Positions 10,169-20,088 of a stretch of DNA of 46,568 nucleotides are shown here, piece after piece. The stretch covers positions 1-46,568 of the forward strand of contig CAMBEF010000001.1 in NCBI GenBank assembly GCA_945865495.1. The letters run 5' to 3'. The stretch's first letter is position 1. The number at the start of each line of letters is the position of its first letter. The DNA is from an uncultured Bacteroides sp. Lineage in GTDB: Bacteria > Bacillota > Clostridia > Lachnospirales > Lachnospiraceae. Below the pieces are notes generated by a model. It ran no database searches. It saw nothing but the letters and a program-made list of their open reading frames with translations, and was not told where the DNA came from. Made by a program: the position numbers and the translations under genes.

Positions 10169-10470
10169 GTCAGACACCAGACAAGGCGCCTGCAAAAGCT
10201 GTGTCTAAAGAGGCAAAGCAGGAGCCAAAAATCAAAAAGGCTGTAGATCTTATGTATTTAGGACCTACAATCGTGGGAGTCGCGAGACATTCAACAGTGT
10301 TCAAAGACGGAAAGCTTCCGGCTAAGGCACAGGCATGTATCAACGAGCTTCCAATGATGGCTAAGCTATTTGTTCCACTATCAGATACGCCAGAAGCAAT
10401 CAAAGAACTCAATAAGGACCAAAGTGTATTGCGTACAGTATATTCACAGGTTCTTAAGAAATTTATATAG
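10165..10470 (+). CDS. Hypothetical tail-region protein
   Basis: MYLGPTI motif; translationally coupled; immediately before the sheath gene. Confidence 0.65.
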   Translation: MSQTPDKAPAKAVSKEAKQEPKIKKAVDLMYLGPTIVGVARHSTVFKDGKLPAKAQACINELPMMAKLFVPLSDTPEAIKELNKDQSVLRTVYSQVLKKFI

Positions 10471-10485
10471 GGAGGATAAAAGTAA

Positions 10486-11913
10486 ATGGCAAAGTATTTA
10501 CACGGGGTTCGCATTCAGGAGAATCCTACAAGCATTCCTACACCTGTGTCCAATGAGGCAGGTGTGCCGGTTATTTTTGGTACAGCACCAGTCAATACTG
10601 TGTCTGACCCAGCCGGAGCAGTCAATAAATTATTCCTTTGCAATAGTTTTGCAGAGGCAAAGGCAGCAGTCGGATATTCAGACGACTACGAGAACTATAC
10701 GTTATGTCAGGCAATGGACGCATTCTTCAAGGCGTTCGGAGTAGGACCTATTGTTATCTGCAACGTGCTTGACCCTAAGGTACATAAAGCAACATACACA
10801 GAGACACTTACAGTAGTAGACGGACAGGCCGTATCCACAAAGAAGGGAGTTCTTCTTGATGGACTTAAGGTTGGAGCTCTTACAGAGGGCACAGACTATA
10901 CAGCGGAGTTTAACGATGACGGATATCTTGTTATTACAGTAATCAAGGAAGCTCAGGCGAGCCTTGAGGTATCAGGAAACGTAATCGACCCATCCAAGGT
11001 TTCAGAGGCAACAATCATTGGAAGTCTTGATGTAGATACCGGCGTCGAAACAGGCATGGAGCTCATCAGAAAGGTATATCCTACATTCGGTCTTGTGCCA
11101 AGTCTCTTACTTGCACCGGGCTGGTCGCATAAGCCTACAGTTGGAAATGCCTTGGCTTCTAAGTGCTTGAATATCAACGGTAAATTCCGTTGCGAATGTG
11201 TCGTTGATATCGATACAAATAGAGCGGCCAAATACACTGATGTTGAGCAGATAAAGAAAGAGAGTGGTTTTTCGTCAGAGCATATGGTCTGCGTATGGCC
11301 AAAGGTTAAGTATGGCGGAAAGACAATGTACTATTCAGCTATCTATGCGGCACTTGCAACATACACAGACTACAGCAATGGTAACGTGCCTAATCTTTCA
11401 CCGTCAAACAAGGCTTGCCGCATCGGAGCCACAGTCGTAGAGGATGGAACTGAAATTAATCTTGATTCAGATCAGGGAGCAGAACTTAATGCAGTCGGTG
11501 TTGTAACAGCAATTAACGAAGGAAGCTGGAAGTCCTGGGGTAATAATACTGCAGCATATCCGGGAACTACAGACCCTAAGGACCGTTGGATTTGCTGCAG
11601 ACGATTCTTCTCATGGTGGGGTAATTCGTTTATTACTACATACAGTGATAAGGTTGATGACCCAACAAACACACGACTCATTGAGTCAATCGTGGACTCA
11701 GAGAACGTAAGAGGCAATGCGCTTGTGTCGCAGGGCAAGTGTGCTGGCATCAAGATGGAGTACCGACAGGACGACAATCCGAAGGCGAACCTGCTTAACG
11801 GCAAGATCGTATTTAGACAGTACCTTGCACCATATACACCAGCCGAAGATATACTCAACATCCTTGAGTATGATCCATCAATGATTGAGACAGAGTTAGG
11901 AGGTAATCAGTAA
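10486..11913 (+). CDS. Contractile tail sheath protein
   Basis: YLHGV, GTAPVN, LLAPGWS, SPSNK, LNAVGVVT and WGNNTAAYP motifs. Confidence 0.95.
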   Translation: MAKYLHGVRIQENPTSIPTPVSNEAGVPVIFGTAPVNTVSDPAGAVNKLFLCNSFAEAKAAVGYSDDYENYTLCQAMDAFFKAFGVGPIVICNVLDPKVHKATYTETLTVVDGQAVSTKKGVLLDGLKVGALTEGTDYTAEFNDDGYLVITVIKEAQASLEVSGNVIDPSKVSEATIIGSLDVDTGVETGMELIRKVYPTFGLVPSLLLAPGWSHKPTVGNALASKCLNINGKFRCECVVDIDTNRAAKYTDVEQIKKESGFSSEHMVCVWPKVKYGGKTMYYSAIYAALATYTDYSNGNVPNLSPSNKACRIGATVVEDGTEINLDSDQGAELNAVGVVTAINEGSWKSWGNNTAAYPGTTDPKDRWICCRRFFSWWGNSFITTYSDKVDDPTNTRLIESIVDSENVRGNALVSQGKCAGIKMEYRQDDNPKANLLNGKIVFRQYLAPYTPAEDILNILEYDPSMIETELGGNQ

Positions 11914-12440
11914 TGGGAGTTGCAGCAAACATACCTGAAATCATCAATGATTTCAACGTATATTCAGAAGGCAATAAGTTCATCGGAGTGTCCGGATCAG
12001 TGACACTCCCATCATTCGATGCTATCACAGAAGAAGTACAGGGTGCGGGAATCCTTGGTACATATGAGACATCTATTCCTGGCTTTTTCTCTTCAATGAC
12101 ACAGGAGGTTCCGTTCCGTATTTTAACAGACGATCCATTTTCAATCATGGATCCAAACGCTCCGGTGGATATCACATTCAGAGCATCAGAGCAGAGCACA
12201 GTTAAGTCAAACGGCTCTCTTACATGGAACGGCATGAGAATTGTTGAGAGGGGAAGATTCAAGAGCTTTAAACCAGGCAAACTGGAGCTTGGCAAGACAA
12301 TGGATTCGTCAATCACCCATGAAATTTTATATATCATGATTGAGATAGACGGTAAGACAGTTGTTGAGTACGACAAGCTTAATTCTGTGTTCACAGTTAA
12401 TGGTAAGGACTTATTAGAGAAAGTTAAGAGGTATAACTAA
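11913..12440 (+). CDS. Tail tube protein (P2 FII-like)
   Basis: INDFNVY, VTLPS, GAGILG and EIDGKTVVEYDKLN...VNGKD motifs. Confidence 0.9.
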   Translation: MGVAANIPEIINDFNVYSEGNKFIGVSGSVTLPSFDAITEEVQGAGILGTYETSIPGFFSSMTQEVPFRILTDDPFSIMDPNAPVDITFRASEQSTVKSNGSLTWNGMRIVERGRFKSFKPGKLELGKTMDSSITHEILYIMIEIDGKTVVEYDKLNSVFTVNGKDLLEKVKRYN

Positions 12441-12802
12441 TGAGCGATAAGGAAAAAGAAGTTCTTTCAGGAGAGATTGAAAAGGATGAGCTGGCTGTTA
12501 CTGATGTCAACATGGTCATCAAGTTTAATAAACCTTATATGTTTGAGCAAAAAGAGTACACCCAAGTAGATCTTTCATGCATGGATGAGCTGACAGCTCA
12601 GGACATGATAACAGTTAACAGACTTATGGCAAGGACATCTGCGGCCGCAATCGACGTAATGCCTGAGGTATCACTCGAATATGCATGCAATATTGCAGCG
12701 AGGGCAGCTAAGCTTCCGATAGAGTTCTTCACTCACCTTCCACCTAGGGAGGCTATGAAAGTTAAAAACAGAGTGATGGTTTTTTTATTCGGCTCGGAAT
12801 AA
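12440..12802 (+). CDS. Tail assembly chaperone (P2 gpE / Mu gp41-like)
   Basis: Between tube and tape measure genes; ends on a slippery T-run. Confidence 0.85.
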   Translation: MSDKEKEVLSGEIEKDELAVTDVNMVIKFNKPYMFEQKEYTQVDLSCMDELTAQDMITVNRLMARTSAAAIDVMPEVSLEYACNIAARAAKLPIEFFTHLPPREAMKVKNRVMVFLFGSE

Positions 12803-12990
12803 AGCCGAGCGACACGGCGAAGCTCAGGAAAATTATCATTGAGTTATCAATGGAGGTAAAGGCAGGAATAGACTATCTCTATTCCCTGCCTTTACTTGAA
12901 TTACTAGACTTAATCAAGGAGGTGAACGACATTGTCAGTGAGCGGAAAAGAGTACAAGCTCGCAATCAGAATAGCGGGTATTATAGATAA
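12781..12990 (+). CDS. -1 frameshift extension of the tail chaperone (gpE+E'-like)
   Basis: Slippery T TTT TTA (12781-12787) followed by a GCTCGG/CCGAGC hairpin. The -1 frame is open to TAA 12990: IRLGIKPSDTAKLRKIIIELSMEVKAGIDYLYSLPLLELLDLIKEV... Confidence 0.75.
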   Translation, partial: FFIRLGIKPSDTAKLRKIIIELSMEVKAGIDYLYSLPLLELLDLIKEVNDIVSERKRVQARNQNSGYYR

Positions 12991-15900
12991 ATCATTTAAT
13001 GCCAGCCTGTCGAGTTCAAAGGCTGCACTTGCAGGCTACAAGGCAACAGTTGACACGCTCGATAAGGACTTCACAAAGCTTGACAAGGGCTTCAATAAGA
13101 TCATGGGAGCCGGTAAAAACTGTTTCAAGGAAGTGGCAACTGCAGCGACCGTAGCAGCGGCAGCAGTTGGAGCCGTAACAGTTGCATCGGTGGCAGTTGG
13201 TTCAAGCTTCGAGTCTGCATTTGCAGGCGTCAAGAAGACAGTTGATGCGACAGATGCAGAGTACGCTAAGCTGCGTCAGAATATCCTTGATATGTCACGA
13301 GAAATGCCGTCAAGCGCCAATGAGATAGCTGGAGTCATGGAGATAGCTGGACAGCTCAGTATAGCCACAAACAGCCTGTCAGATTTCACCAAAACGATGA
13401 TTAACTTAGGTGTGTCTACTAATATGGCTGCGGATGAGGCAGCAACCAATCTGGCCAGATTTGCAAATGTCACTGACATGGCAGACTATGGCCCGGATGG
13501 CGTGAGCAACTACGAGAGACTGGGTTCAGTCATCACCGACTTAGGAAATAAATTCGCAACTACCGAGTCTGAAATTACTGAAATGGGTACAAGACTTGCA
13601 TCTACAGGTCACCTGGTTGGATTATCACAGGCGCAGATTATGGCACTTGCAACAGCAATGAGTTCAGTCGGCATCAAGGCAGAGTCCGGAGGTTCAACAA
13701 TGGCCAAGCTGTTGAAGAAGATGCAGCTTGCAGTTGAGACCAATTCAGATGCACTTGGACAGTATGCATCTGTGGCCAACATGACCGGAGAGCAGTTCAA
13801 GCAGACATTCAAGACTGATGCGGTGTCCGCACTTGGAGCATTCATTGGAGGTCTCAATGATACCGAAAGAAACGGCAAGTCAGCTATCGCAATACTTGAT
13901 GATATGAAGCTTTCAGAAGTTAGACTTAGTAACACTATTCTTGCACTTGCAGGTTCCGGAGATCTGATGACAAGAGCTATCAACACGGCCAACACTGCAT
14001 GGAATGAGAATACAGCCCTCGCAACAGAGGCTGGAAAGAGATATGAGACCGTTGAGAGTAAAGCTAAGATGCTCGGCAATGCATTCAAGGAGCTTGGCAT
14101 TACAGCCTACGATGACCTCAGAGAGCCTTTGGTTGACATCATGGGCGGTATTACAGATAAGGTTCATAACCTTAATGATTATGTAGGCAGCGCAAATGGC
14201 GTGAAGAAGTGGATATCCGGCATAAGTGAAGAGCTCCCAACTCTTGAGCGAAAAGCTGACAATGCATGGAGCACAGTTGAGCCGTTATTTAGCGGTTTAA
14301 TGGGAGTAGGCAAGTGGTTCCTCAAGAATCCACAGGTCATAGCCGGAGGACTCACGACCATCGGAACGGCACTTGCAACCTACAAGACCGCATCGACAGT
14401 AACACATGTATTGGCGGCAATAAATAAATTTGCAGCCTTGTCAGGGCCGACTAAAGGAATACTTGGTGTAGGCGCAGCAATCAGTACCCTCATGGGTATA
14501 ATCGTAGCCTGTGAAGCTAAATTCGACCAAGTTGCGGAAGATAACCTGGATGAACACTTCGGCGATATTGCGCTTTCAATGAAAGAACTGCAGAACGTCG
14601 CAGAGCAGATTGTTGGAGCAAAAGACCTTGAAAAAGTGCAACAGACCTTGTCTGAAATGGAAAAGGTTGAAGGCTTTTCTGATTCAATGCAGGAAGCACT
14701 TGCCGACATCAAGAAACTTAACTGGAAAGTCAGCGTTGGAATGGAACTCACAACCGATGATCAGGAATCTTATAAGCAGGCAATCAACGAGTATGTGCAG
14801 GCAGCACAAGACTATGCAGTACAGCAACAATATGCAGTAAGCCTTGAAATGGGACTAGGATTCGATTATTCAGATCCGGTACAGGCTAATATCGTTGACA
14901 AAGTTAATGCTTTTTACGCGGGAGCTTCATCGGAAATGACATCTCTTGGTCAAGATTTGAGTCAGGCAGTAAATGATGCATTCGCTGATGGCGTACTTGA
15001 TCCAGATGAGATAGGCAACATCGCACGAATGCAAGAAAAAATAGCGAAGATCAAAGCCGAAATGGCAACAGACCAGTTTAATGCGGATCTTGAAGCAACA
15101 ACACTTAAGTATAGTGGAGCAGAGCTTGACGCCGACAGTTTCAGGAACTTACAGAAGGAAATAGGCAGCAGTGTAAATGATTACACAGATACAAGATTAA
15201 AGGAGTTTACGGCAAGTCTGACCGCTCTTGAGAAAACATATAACAACGGCGGAATGTCGACATCTGAATTTAATATAGGCAAGAAGAATCTTAAGGCTAA
15301 TTACTATCAGGATGTTGGCGATGCCGTAGGAAGAGCTGCCACGTATCAGCTTAACACCATTGTCGGACAATACTCACCTGACATGGGACAGGCTTTCAAG
15401 GGTTCAGTGAAAAAAGATAATTTAGATTACTTGAAGAGACAGCTCAGCTTGAGTAAGAGCGATGTGAAGGAAATCATTAATCAATCAGGTTATGACACTA
15501 TAAGCGATGAGTTCTCAAGTATTGCAAAGAATCTCTTGAATGATTCAGATTTTTCGGTTGTAAGAAAATCAATAAGCAAACTGCTCACAGAAGCTCAGCC
15601 TACAATCGAAGATATGCAGAAAATCAAGGAGCAATGCGAGGCAGCAGGACAGGAAGTACCAGACTCAGTTGCTAAGGGCCTTAAGAACTTTGACATGCTA
15701 CAGGGAGTAGTCAGCGGAAACATGGATAGCCTCTATGAAGCTATCGGTATGAGCTTATCCGGTACTGAATACGCGGATGTTATCCAACAGCTTGCTAAGC
15801 AGGGTAGAGATATACCGCAGGCACTTCTTGATGGCATCAACGAGGGTGCAGCAGGCGCAGGTACTGACAGTGTGGCCAGAATGCTTTACGGCATTATAGC

Positions 15901-17209
15901 AGGAGGTACAGAGAAGGGAGCTGCCAATGCGGCGGCAAACAGCATATATAATTCAGCTTATTCGGCTGTGCCTGAGGCAGTTAACTGGGCATATTCCAAT
16001 GCTAATACATTACTCGGCCAAAAGTTTGCACAAGGATTTACAGCTAAGTCAAATGTAAAGGTGACACTTACTCCAACGTACACGCTGACCGCCGGCAATG
16101 CAGGAAGTTTAACAATACCTAAGGATTCCAAAAACGCAATATTCAGTGGCATTAAGGCAAGCGTCGGCGGAGGTACCGGCTTAAAAGCACTTGGTCTTGA
16201 ACATAATGCAAATGGTGGTATTTGGGACCATCCAATCATTACTACATTCGCTGAGGAAGGCAAAGAGGCGGCTATTCCTATCAACGGAACACAGAGGGCC
16301 GTTGATTTATGGAGACAGACCGGACATCTGCTCGGCATGGATGCAGAGATGTATAACACATCAGAGGCTATTGATAAGTCAGTTGTCAATAATGCAGCAA
16401 AACATGTATATACTGCTGCAAATAGCAGCATATACAACATCTCAAACAGCCACATAAGTGACATCAAGTACAACAATAACAATACCGGATATAGCTCATC
16501 TGGAGACAATCTAAACGCTGTGTCTAACACAGCTTACAGTCTTCAGAAGATGGTAAGTGAAATTCCAGTAATTCAGACAGTATACAACTTCCTGAACAAT
16601 TTACCTGAGCAGACAAAGATGAACCCTACGACTGGCACAGCATATGCTTCAGAAAACACCGTTAACAGCATTGTCAGCCCAACTGTGTCCAATACAGTCT
16701 CTTCGGTATACAGCTACTTAAGCAATATACCGAAGAGCATTAAGCAGACAGATGTTGATATTGTTAATTCTGGATATAACGTACCTGATATTAATATCGA
16801 GAATCCGGCTAGGCAGTCAAGTCAGGCGACACTTGCAAGGAACCTCACGGACCTTAAGGGAATGGGAGTTAAGGCCAACGCAAACGGCGGTATCTGGGAT
16901 TCACCTATTCTCACTACATTTGCAGAGCACGGCCGAGAAGCAGCTATACCGATTGACGGCAGTCAGAACGCTATCAATCTCTGGGAACAGACTGGGCACC
17001 TGCTTGGCATGGATAGCAGGCTTGATGGAATATCGTTTGAAGCAGGGCATTCATCAGAACCAACTACGATTGAATATAAGCCTGTACTCAACTTCTATGG
17101 TGCAGCGCCGAATAAGGATGACCTGACGGATGCACTTGATATTAGTCAGGAGAAGTTTGAGCGGATGATGAGGCAGTATGAGAAGAACAAAGGCCGTGTG
17201 TCTTATTAA
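12932..17209 (+). CDS. Tail tape measure protein (TP901-type core)
   Basis: 1425 aa, Ala-rich helical; FESAFAGVKKTVD, LGNKFATTESEI and AESGGS motifs; duplicated C-terminal ANGGIWD..I.TTFAE.G.EAAIPI motif. Confidence 0.95.
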   Translation: MSVSGKEYKLAIRIAGIIDKSFNASLSSSKAALAGYKATVDTLDKDFTKLDKGFNKIMGAGKNCFKEVATAATVAAAAVGAVTVASVAVGSSFESAFAGVKKTVDATDAEYAKLRQNILDMSREMPSSANEIAGVMEIAGQLSIATNSLSDFTKTMINLGVSTNMAADEAATNLARFANVTDMADYGPDGVSNYERLGSVITDLGNKFATTESEITEMGTRLASTGHLVGLSQAQIMALATAMSSVGIKAESGGSTMAKLLKKMQLAVETNSDALGQYASVANMTGEQFKQTFKTDAVSALGAFIGGLNDTERNGKSAIAILDDMKLSEVRLSNTILALAGSGDLMTRAINTANTAWNENTALATEAGKRYETVESKAKMLGNAFKELGITAYDDLREPLVDIMGGITDKVHNLNDYVGSANGVKKWISGISEELPTLERKADNAWSTVEPLFSGLMGVGKWFLKNPQVIAGGLTTIGTALATYKTASTVTHVLAAINKFAALSGPTKGILGVGAAISTLMGIIVACEAKFDQVAEDNLDEHFGDIALSMKELQNVAEQIVGAKDLEKVQQTLSEMEKVEGFSDSMQEALADIKKLNWKVSVGMELTTDDQESYKQAINEYVQAAQDYAVQQQYAVSLEMGLGFDYSDPVQANIVDKVNAFYAGASSEMTSLGQDLSQAVNDAFADGVLDPDEIGNIARMQEKIAKIKAEMATDQFNADLEATTLKYSGAELDADSFRNLQKEIGSSVNDYTDTRLKEFTASLTALEKTYNNGGMSTSEFNIGKKNLKANYYQDVGDAVGRAATYQLNTIVGQYSPDMGQAFKGSVKKDNLDYLKRQLSLSKSDVKEIINQSGYDTISDEFSSIAKNLLNDSDFSVVRKSISKLLTEAQPTIEDMQKIKEQCEAAGQEVPDSVAKGLKNFDMLQGVVSGNMDSLYEAIGMSLSGTEYADVIQQLAKQGRDIPQALLDGINEGAAGAGTDSVARMLYGIIAGGTEKGAANAAANSIYNSAYSAVPEAVNWAYSNANTLLGQKFAQGFTAKSNVKVTLTPTYTLTAGNAGSLTIPKDSKNAIFSGIKASVGGGTGLKALGLEHNANGGIWDHPIITTFAEEGKEAAIPINGTQRAVDLWRQTGHLLGMDAEMYNTSEAIDKSVVNNAAKHVYTAANSSIYNISNSHISDIKYNNNNTGYSSSGDNLNAVSNTAYSLQKMVSEIPVIQTVYNFLNNLPEQTKMNPTTGTAYASENTVNSIVSPTVSNTVSSVYSYLSNIPKSIKQTDVDIVNSGYNVPDINIENPARQSSQATLARNLTDLKGMGVKANANGGIWDSPILTTFAEHGREAAIPIDGSQNAINLWEQTGHLLGMDSRLDGISFEAGHSSEPTTIEYKPVLNFYGAAPNKDDLTDALDISQEKFERMMRQYEKNKGRVSY

Positions 17210-17221
17210 GGAGTGTGTCTA

Positions 17222-17422
17222 ATGAATAAAGTTTACAAGACAAAATCAGGCGATACATGGGACATGATAGCTAAAGAGGTGTATGGCGATGAGCTGTATA
17301 CCTCCCTTCTCATGAGCCATAATCAGAAGCTTTTAGATTATTTCATTTTTCCGGAGGGAATGATATTAAGCCTTCCGGAAATACCTGAGGAAGATACGCT
17401 ACTTCCGGAATGGAGGACTTGA
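17222..17422 (+). CDS. Tail protein X (P2 gpX, LysM-like)
   Basis: YKTKSGDTWDMIAKEVYGDE...LPEWR. Confidence 0.9.
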   Translation: MNKVYKTKSGDTWDMIAKEVYGDELYTSLLMSHNQKLLDYFIFPEGMILSLPEIPEEDTLLPEWRT

Positions 17423-17423
17423 T

Positions 17424-18935
17424 ATGGCTTTTCCCAGAAACGTTAAACTGTCAGTCGATTATGATGGTACACGGAAAGAGACAGTCACCGTCACCAGCAC
17501 CACAACCGGAGGCAGTGCAAGCTATACAGTAAAAAGCGGAGATACCCTATGGGCTATCTCAAAAAAATACTTAGGCAAAGGTACGCGCTATCCAGAAATA
17601 TATAATGCAAATAAAGATCAGATAGAAGCAACTGCGAGAAAACATCGTAAGAAAAGTTCAGATAATGGTCATTGGATATGGCCGGGAGAAGTATTCACGA
17701 TTCCCGGCCAGACTACCACGAGCACACACACGGAAGTACGTCGTGTCGGAACATCAAACCCGGGGCTAGGAAAGCTAATCGGAAAGTCAGCAACAGCATT
17801 CAGCTATACAGATGTAGCAACCGGTTCATCGGATTCGATGTCTCTTACAATCTACGATTGCGATAAGAAATGGCTTGGAGCATACCATCCACAGAAGGGC
17901 TCAAGTTTCGGTGTGTCTATAGCAATATACAACTGGAATAGCGAGGGCAACAACCAAAACTTTAAGTGCGGAGAATTTACGTTAGACGACATATCCTTTT
18001 CCGGATGGCCATTAAGCTGTGTCTTATCCGGAGTAAGTGTGCCGGTTAATAATGACTTCAAGGTTACTCAAAAGAAAAAAACATGGAAGTCAACCTCCGT
18101 CAGAAGTATCGCATCCCAGATTGCACAACAGGCAGGTGTATCACTTGTATATGACGCTTCTGATATAAGCGTGGATGAGCTCGAGCAAAGCAATCAGACA
18201 GACAGCGACTTTCTGTCATCTTTATGCAGTAAGTACGGCTTCGGAATGAAGATATACAGCAGCAAGATTGTAATAACGGATCCGGTCAAATCTGAGGAAA
18301 AGGGAACTGTTGCAACAATAAATGACAGGGAAATGGAAGATCTGAATATTACCGAATCAATAGACGGCACTTATACCGGAGCTAATATATCTTACACGAA
18401 TCCTGATAAAAAGGACCCGATTAATGTAACAGTTGGAACCGCAGGGCGCATGTTATCAATGGATGTACAATCTAACAGCCAGTACGATGCCGAATTGCAG
18501 GCAGCGGCCAAGGTTAACGAGTCAAACCGCAAAGCTCTGACGATGACATTTACGCTTATGGGCTATCGGAACATAGTGGCCACACAATGCATACAGATAT
18601 CGGGCCTAGGCTTTTACGACGGCAAATACTACGTTGACAGCGTTAAGCATTCAGTAGGCAGTGGCTATAAAACATCGTATACCACACACAAAGTACAGCC
18701 GGCTATCAAGGTTACAGCACCGGCACCTGCTGCACCGTCAGGAAGAACATACACGGTAAAGAGTGGTGATACGTTATGGGGCATTGCCAAGAAGTATTAC
18801 GGCAAGGGCACTGAGTACGAAAAAATATACAACGCCAATAAAGACCAGATAGAAGCAACTGCGAGAAAGCACCGCAAGAAGAGTTCAGATCACGGCCACT
18901 GGATATGGCCAGGGGAAGTATTCACAATACCATAA
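17424..18935 (+). CDS. Baseplate hub (late control gpD-like) carrying two LysM domains
   Basis: Core FSYTD...SDSMSLTI, EQSNQTDSDFLSSLC and GKYYVDSVKH; LysM domains at 17523-17705 and 18750-18932. Confidence 0.85.
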   Translation: MAFPRNVKLSVDYDGTRKETVTVTSTTTGGSASYTVKSGDTLWAISKKYLGKGTRYPEIYNANKDQIEATARKHRKKSSDNGHWIWPGEVFTIPGQTTTSTHTEVRRVGTSNPGLGKLIGKSATAFSYTDVATGSSDSMSLTIYDCDKKWLGAYHPQKGSSFGVSIAIYNWNSEGNNQNFKCGEFTLDDISFSGWPLSCVLSGVSVPVNNDFKVTQKKKTWKSTSVRSIASQIAQQAGVSLVYDASDISVDELEQSNQTDSDFLSSLCSKYGFGMKIYSSKIVITDPVKSEEKGTVATINDREMEDLNITESIDGTYTGANISYTNPDKKDPINVTVGTAGRMLSMDVQSNSQYDAELQAAAKVNESNRKALTMTFTLMGYRNIVATQCIQISGLGFYDGKYYVDSVKHSVGSGYKTSYTTHKVQPAIKVTAPAPAAPSGRTYTVKSGDTLWGIAKKYYGKGTEYEKIYNANKDQIEATARKHRKKSSDHGHWIWPGEVFTIP

Positions 18936-19376
18936 ATGGAGGAATTGAGTATGTTGAGAATAGGAAAAGTAACTAAGCTATATCCCGAAGAGGGAAAGAT
19001 GCAGGTCACTTATGAGGACAGCGCAAGTGCATCCATGCCATTGCCGATGATAAGCAACGGCGAATACAATATGCCAGCTATCGGAGAGCGTGTTGTGGTA
19101 GCTCAGATGGACGGCGAGGGAAGCAGTAAGGGATTTGTGCTTGGCACATATTTCAACACGGAAAACAGACCATCTGCAACGTCAGGCTACAGAAAAGACC
19201 TTACGGCAGGAGTATATGTCGAGTGTATCGGAGGAGCTTGCAAAGTACATGCAACAAGCATCGAACTTGACGCCGACAAGGTCACGCTGGGAGGACAGAC
19301 TGTGTCCGATATTCTAAAACGCATCGAAAATCTTGAATCGAGAGAGACAAGGGAGATGAGAGCTGAATGGTTGTAG
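18936..19376 (+). CDS. Baseplate spike (gpV-like)
   Basis: LRIGKV...MPAIGERVVV...GFVLGTYF OB-fold pattern. Confidence 0.8.
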   Translation: MEELSMLRIGKVTKLYPEEGKMQVTYEDSASASMPLPMISNGEYNMPAIGERVVVAQMDGEGSSKGFVLGTYFNTENRPSATSGYRKDLTAGVYVECIGGACKVHATSIELDADKVTLGGQTVSDILKRIENLESRETREMRAEWL

Positions 19377-19762
19377 GAAATTTAGGAAAATTAATCACCT
19401 TCGAGGTAAGCTCCAGCAAGGTATTGACATTCGATCAGATGCAGAGAAGCGTTAAAGGTCGATGGGCCACACATGATGTAATAGGAGGCAAAGTTAAATC
19501 CGAGTTTCTGGGCGCTGATGTTGCAAGCATCACATTGCCAATATATTTGTCCGCAATGCATGGAGTCAGACCAAGAAGAACAATTGAATTAATAAACGAT
19601 GCTATCGAGAGTGGCCAATATTTTACGTTCGTTGTAGGAGGGCGCGCAGTAGGCAGGTATCAGTGGCGCATTACATCATCAAGCGAGACATGGGACAAGG
19701 TCATTCTGAATGGAATACTTGTTGAGGCTAAGCTTACATTAACGCTTGAAGAATACGTATAG
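19367..19762 (+). CDS. Tail protein (P2 gpU-like)
   Basis: GRWATHDVIGGK..SEFLG and terminal LTLEEY. Confidence 0.85.
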   Translation: MVVGNLGKLITFEVSSSKVLTFDQMQRSVKGRWATHDVIGGKVKSEFLGADVASITLPIYLSAMHGVRPRRTIELINDAIESGQYFTFVVGGRAVGRYQWRITSSSETWDKVILNGILVEAKLTLTLEEYV

Positions 19763-19776
19763 AGGAGGAAAAGCAT

Positions 19777-20088
19777 ATGGATGACTACTTTGTTTCAGGA
19801 GATGCAGATGCGTTTTCTCCTGAGGAGTTTGCAGAAATTAAGCTGTGTCTGGAAACGTTATTATCGGTGAGAGCCGGTACTCAGCCAATGGACAGAAACT
19901 TCGGGATTAATGCAGACGAAATCATTGGACGTCCTACAGAAATAGCAAAAAACATACTATCGGTGGAAATCATCGAAAAAGTGAGAGAATACGAGCCGAG
20001 GGCAGAAGTTGACAGTATCGAATACGAGGATAGTGCAGAAGGCAGGTTGGTGCCACATATTCATTTTATTAAAGGGGAGGTGGAGTAA
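19777..20088 (+). CDS. Baseplate wedge gpW/gp25 family
   Basis: GTQPMDRNFG and YEPRAEV motifs. Confidence 0.9.
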   Translation: MDDYFVSGDADAFSPEEFAEIKLCLETLLSVRAGTQPMDRNFGINADEIIGRPTEIAKNILSVEIIEKVREYEPRAEVDSIEYEDSAEGRLVPHIHFIKGEVE

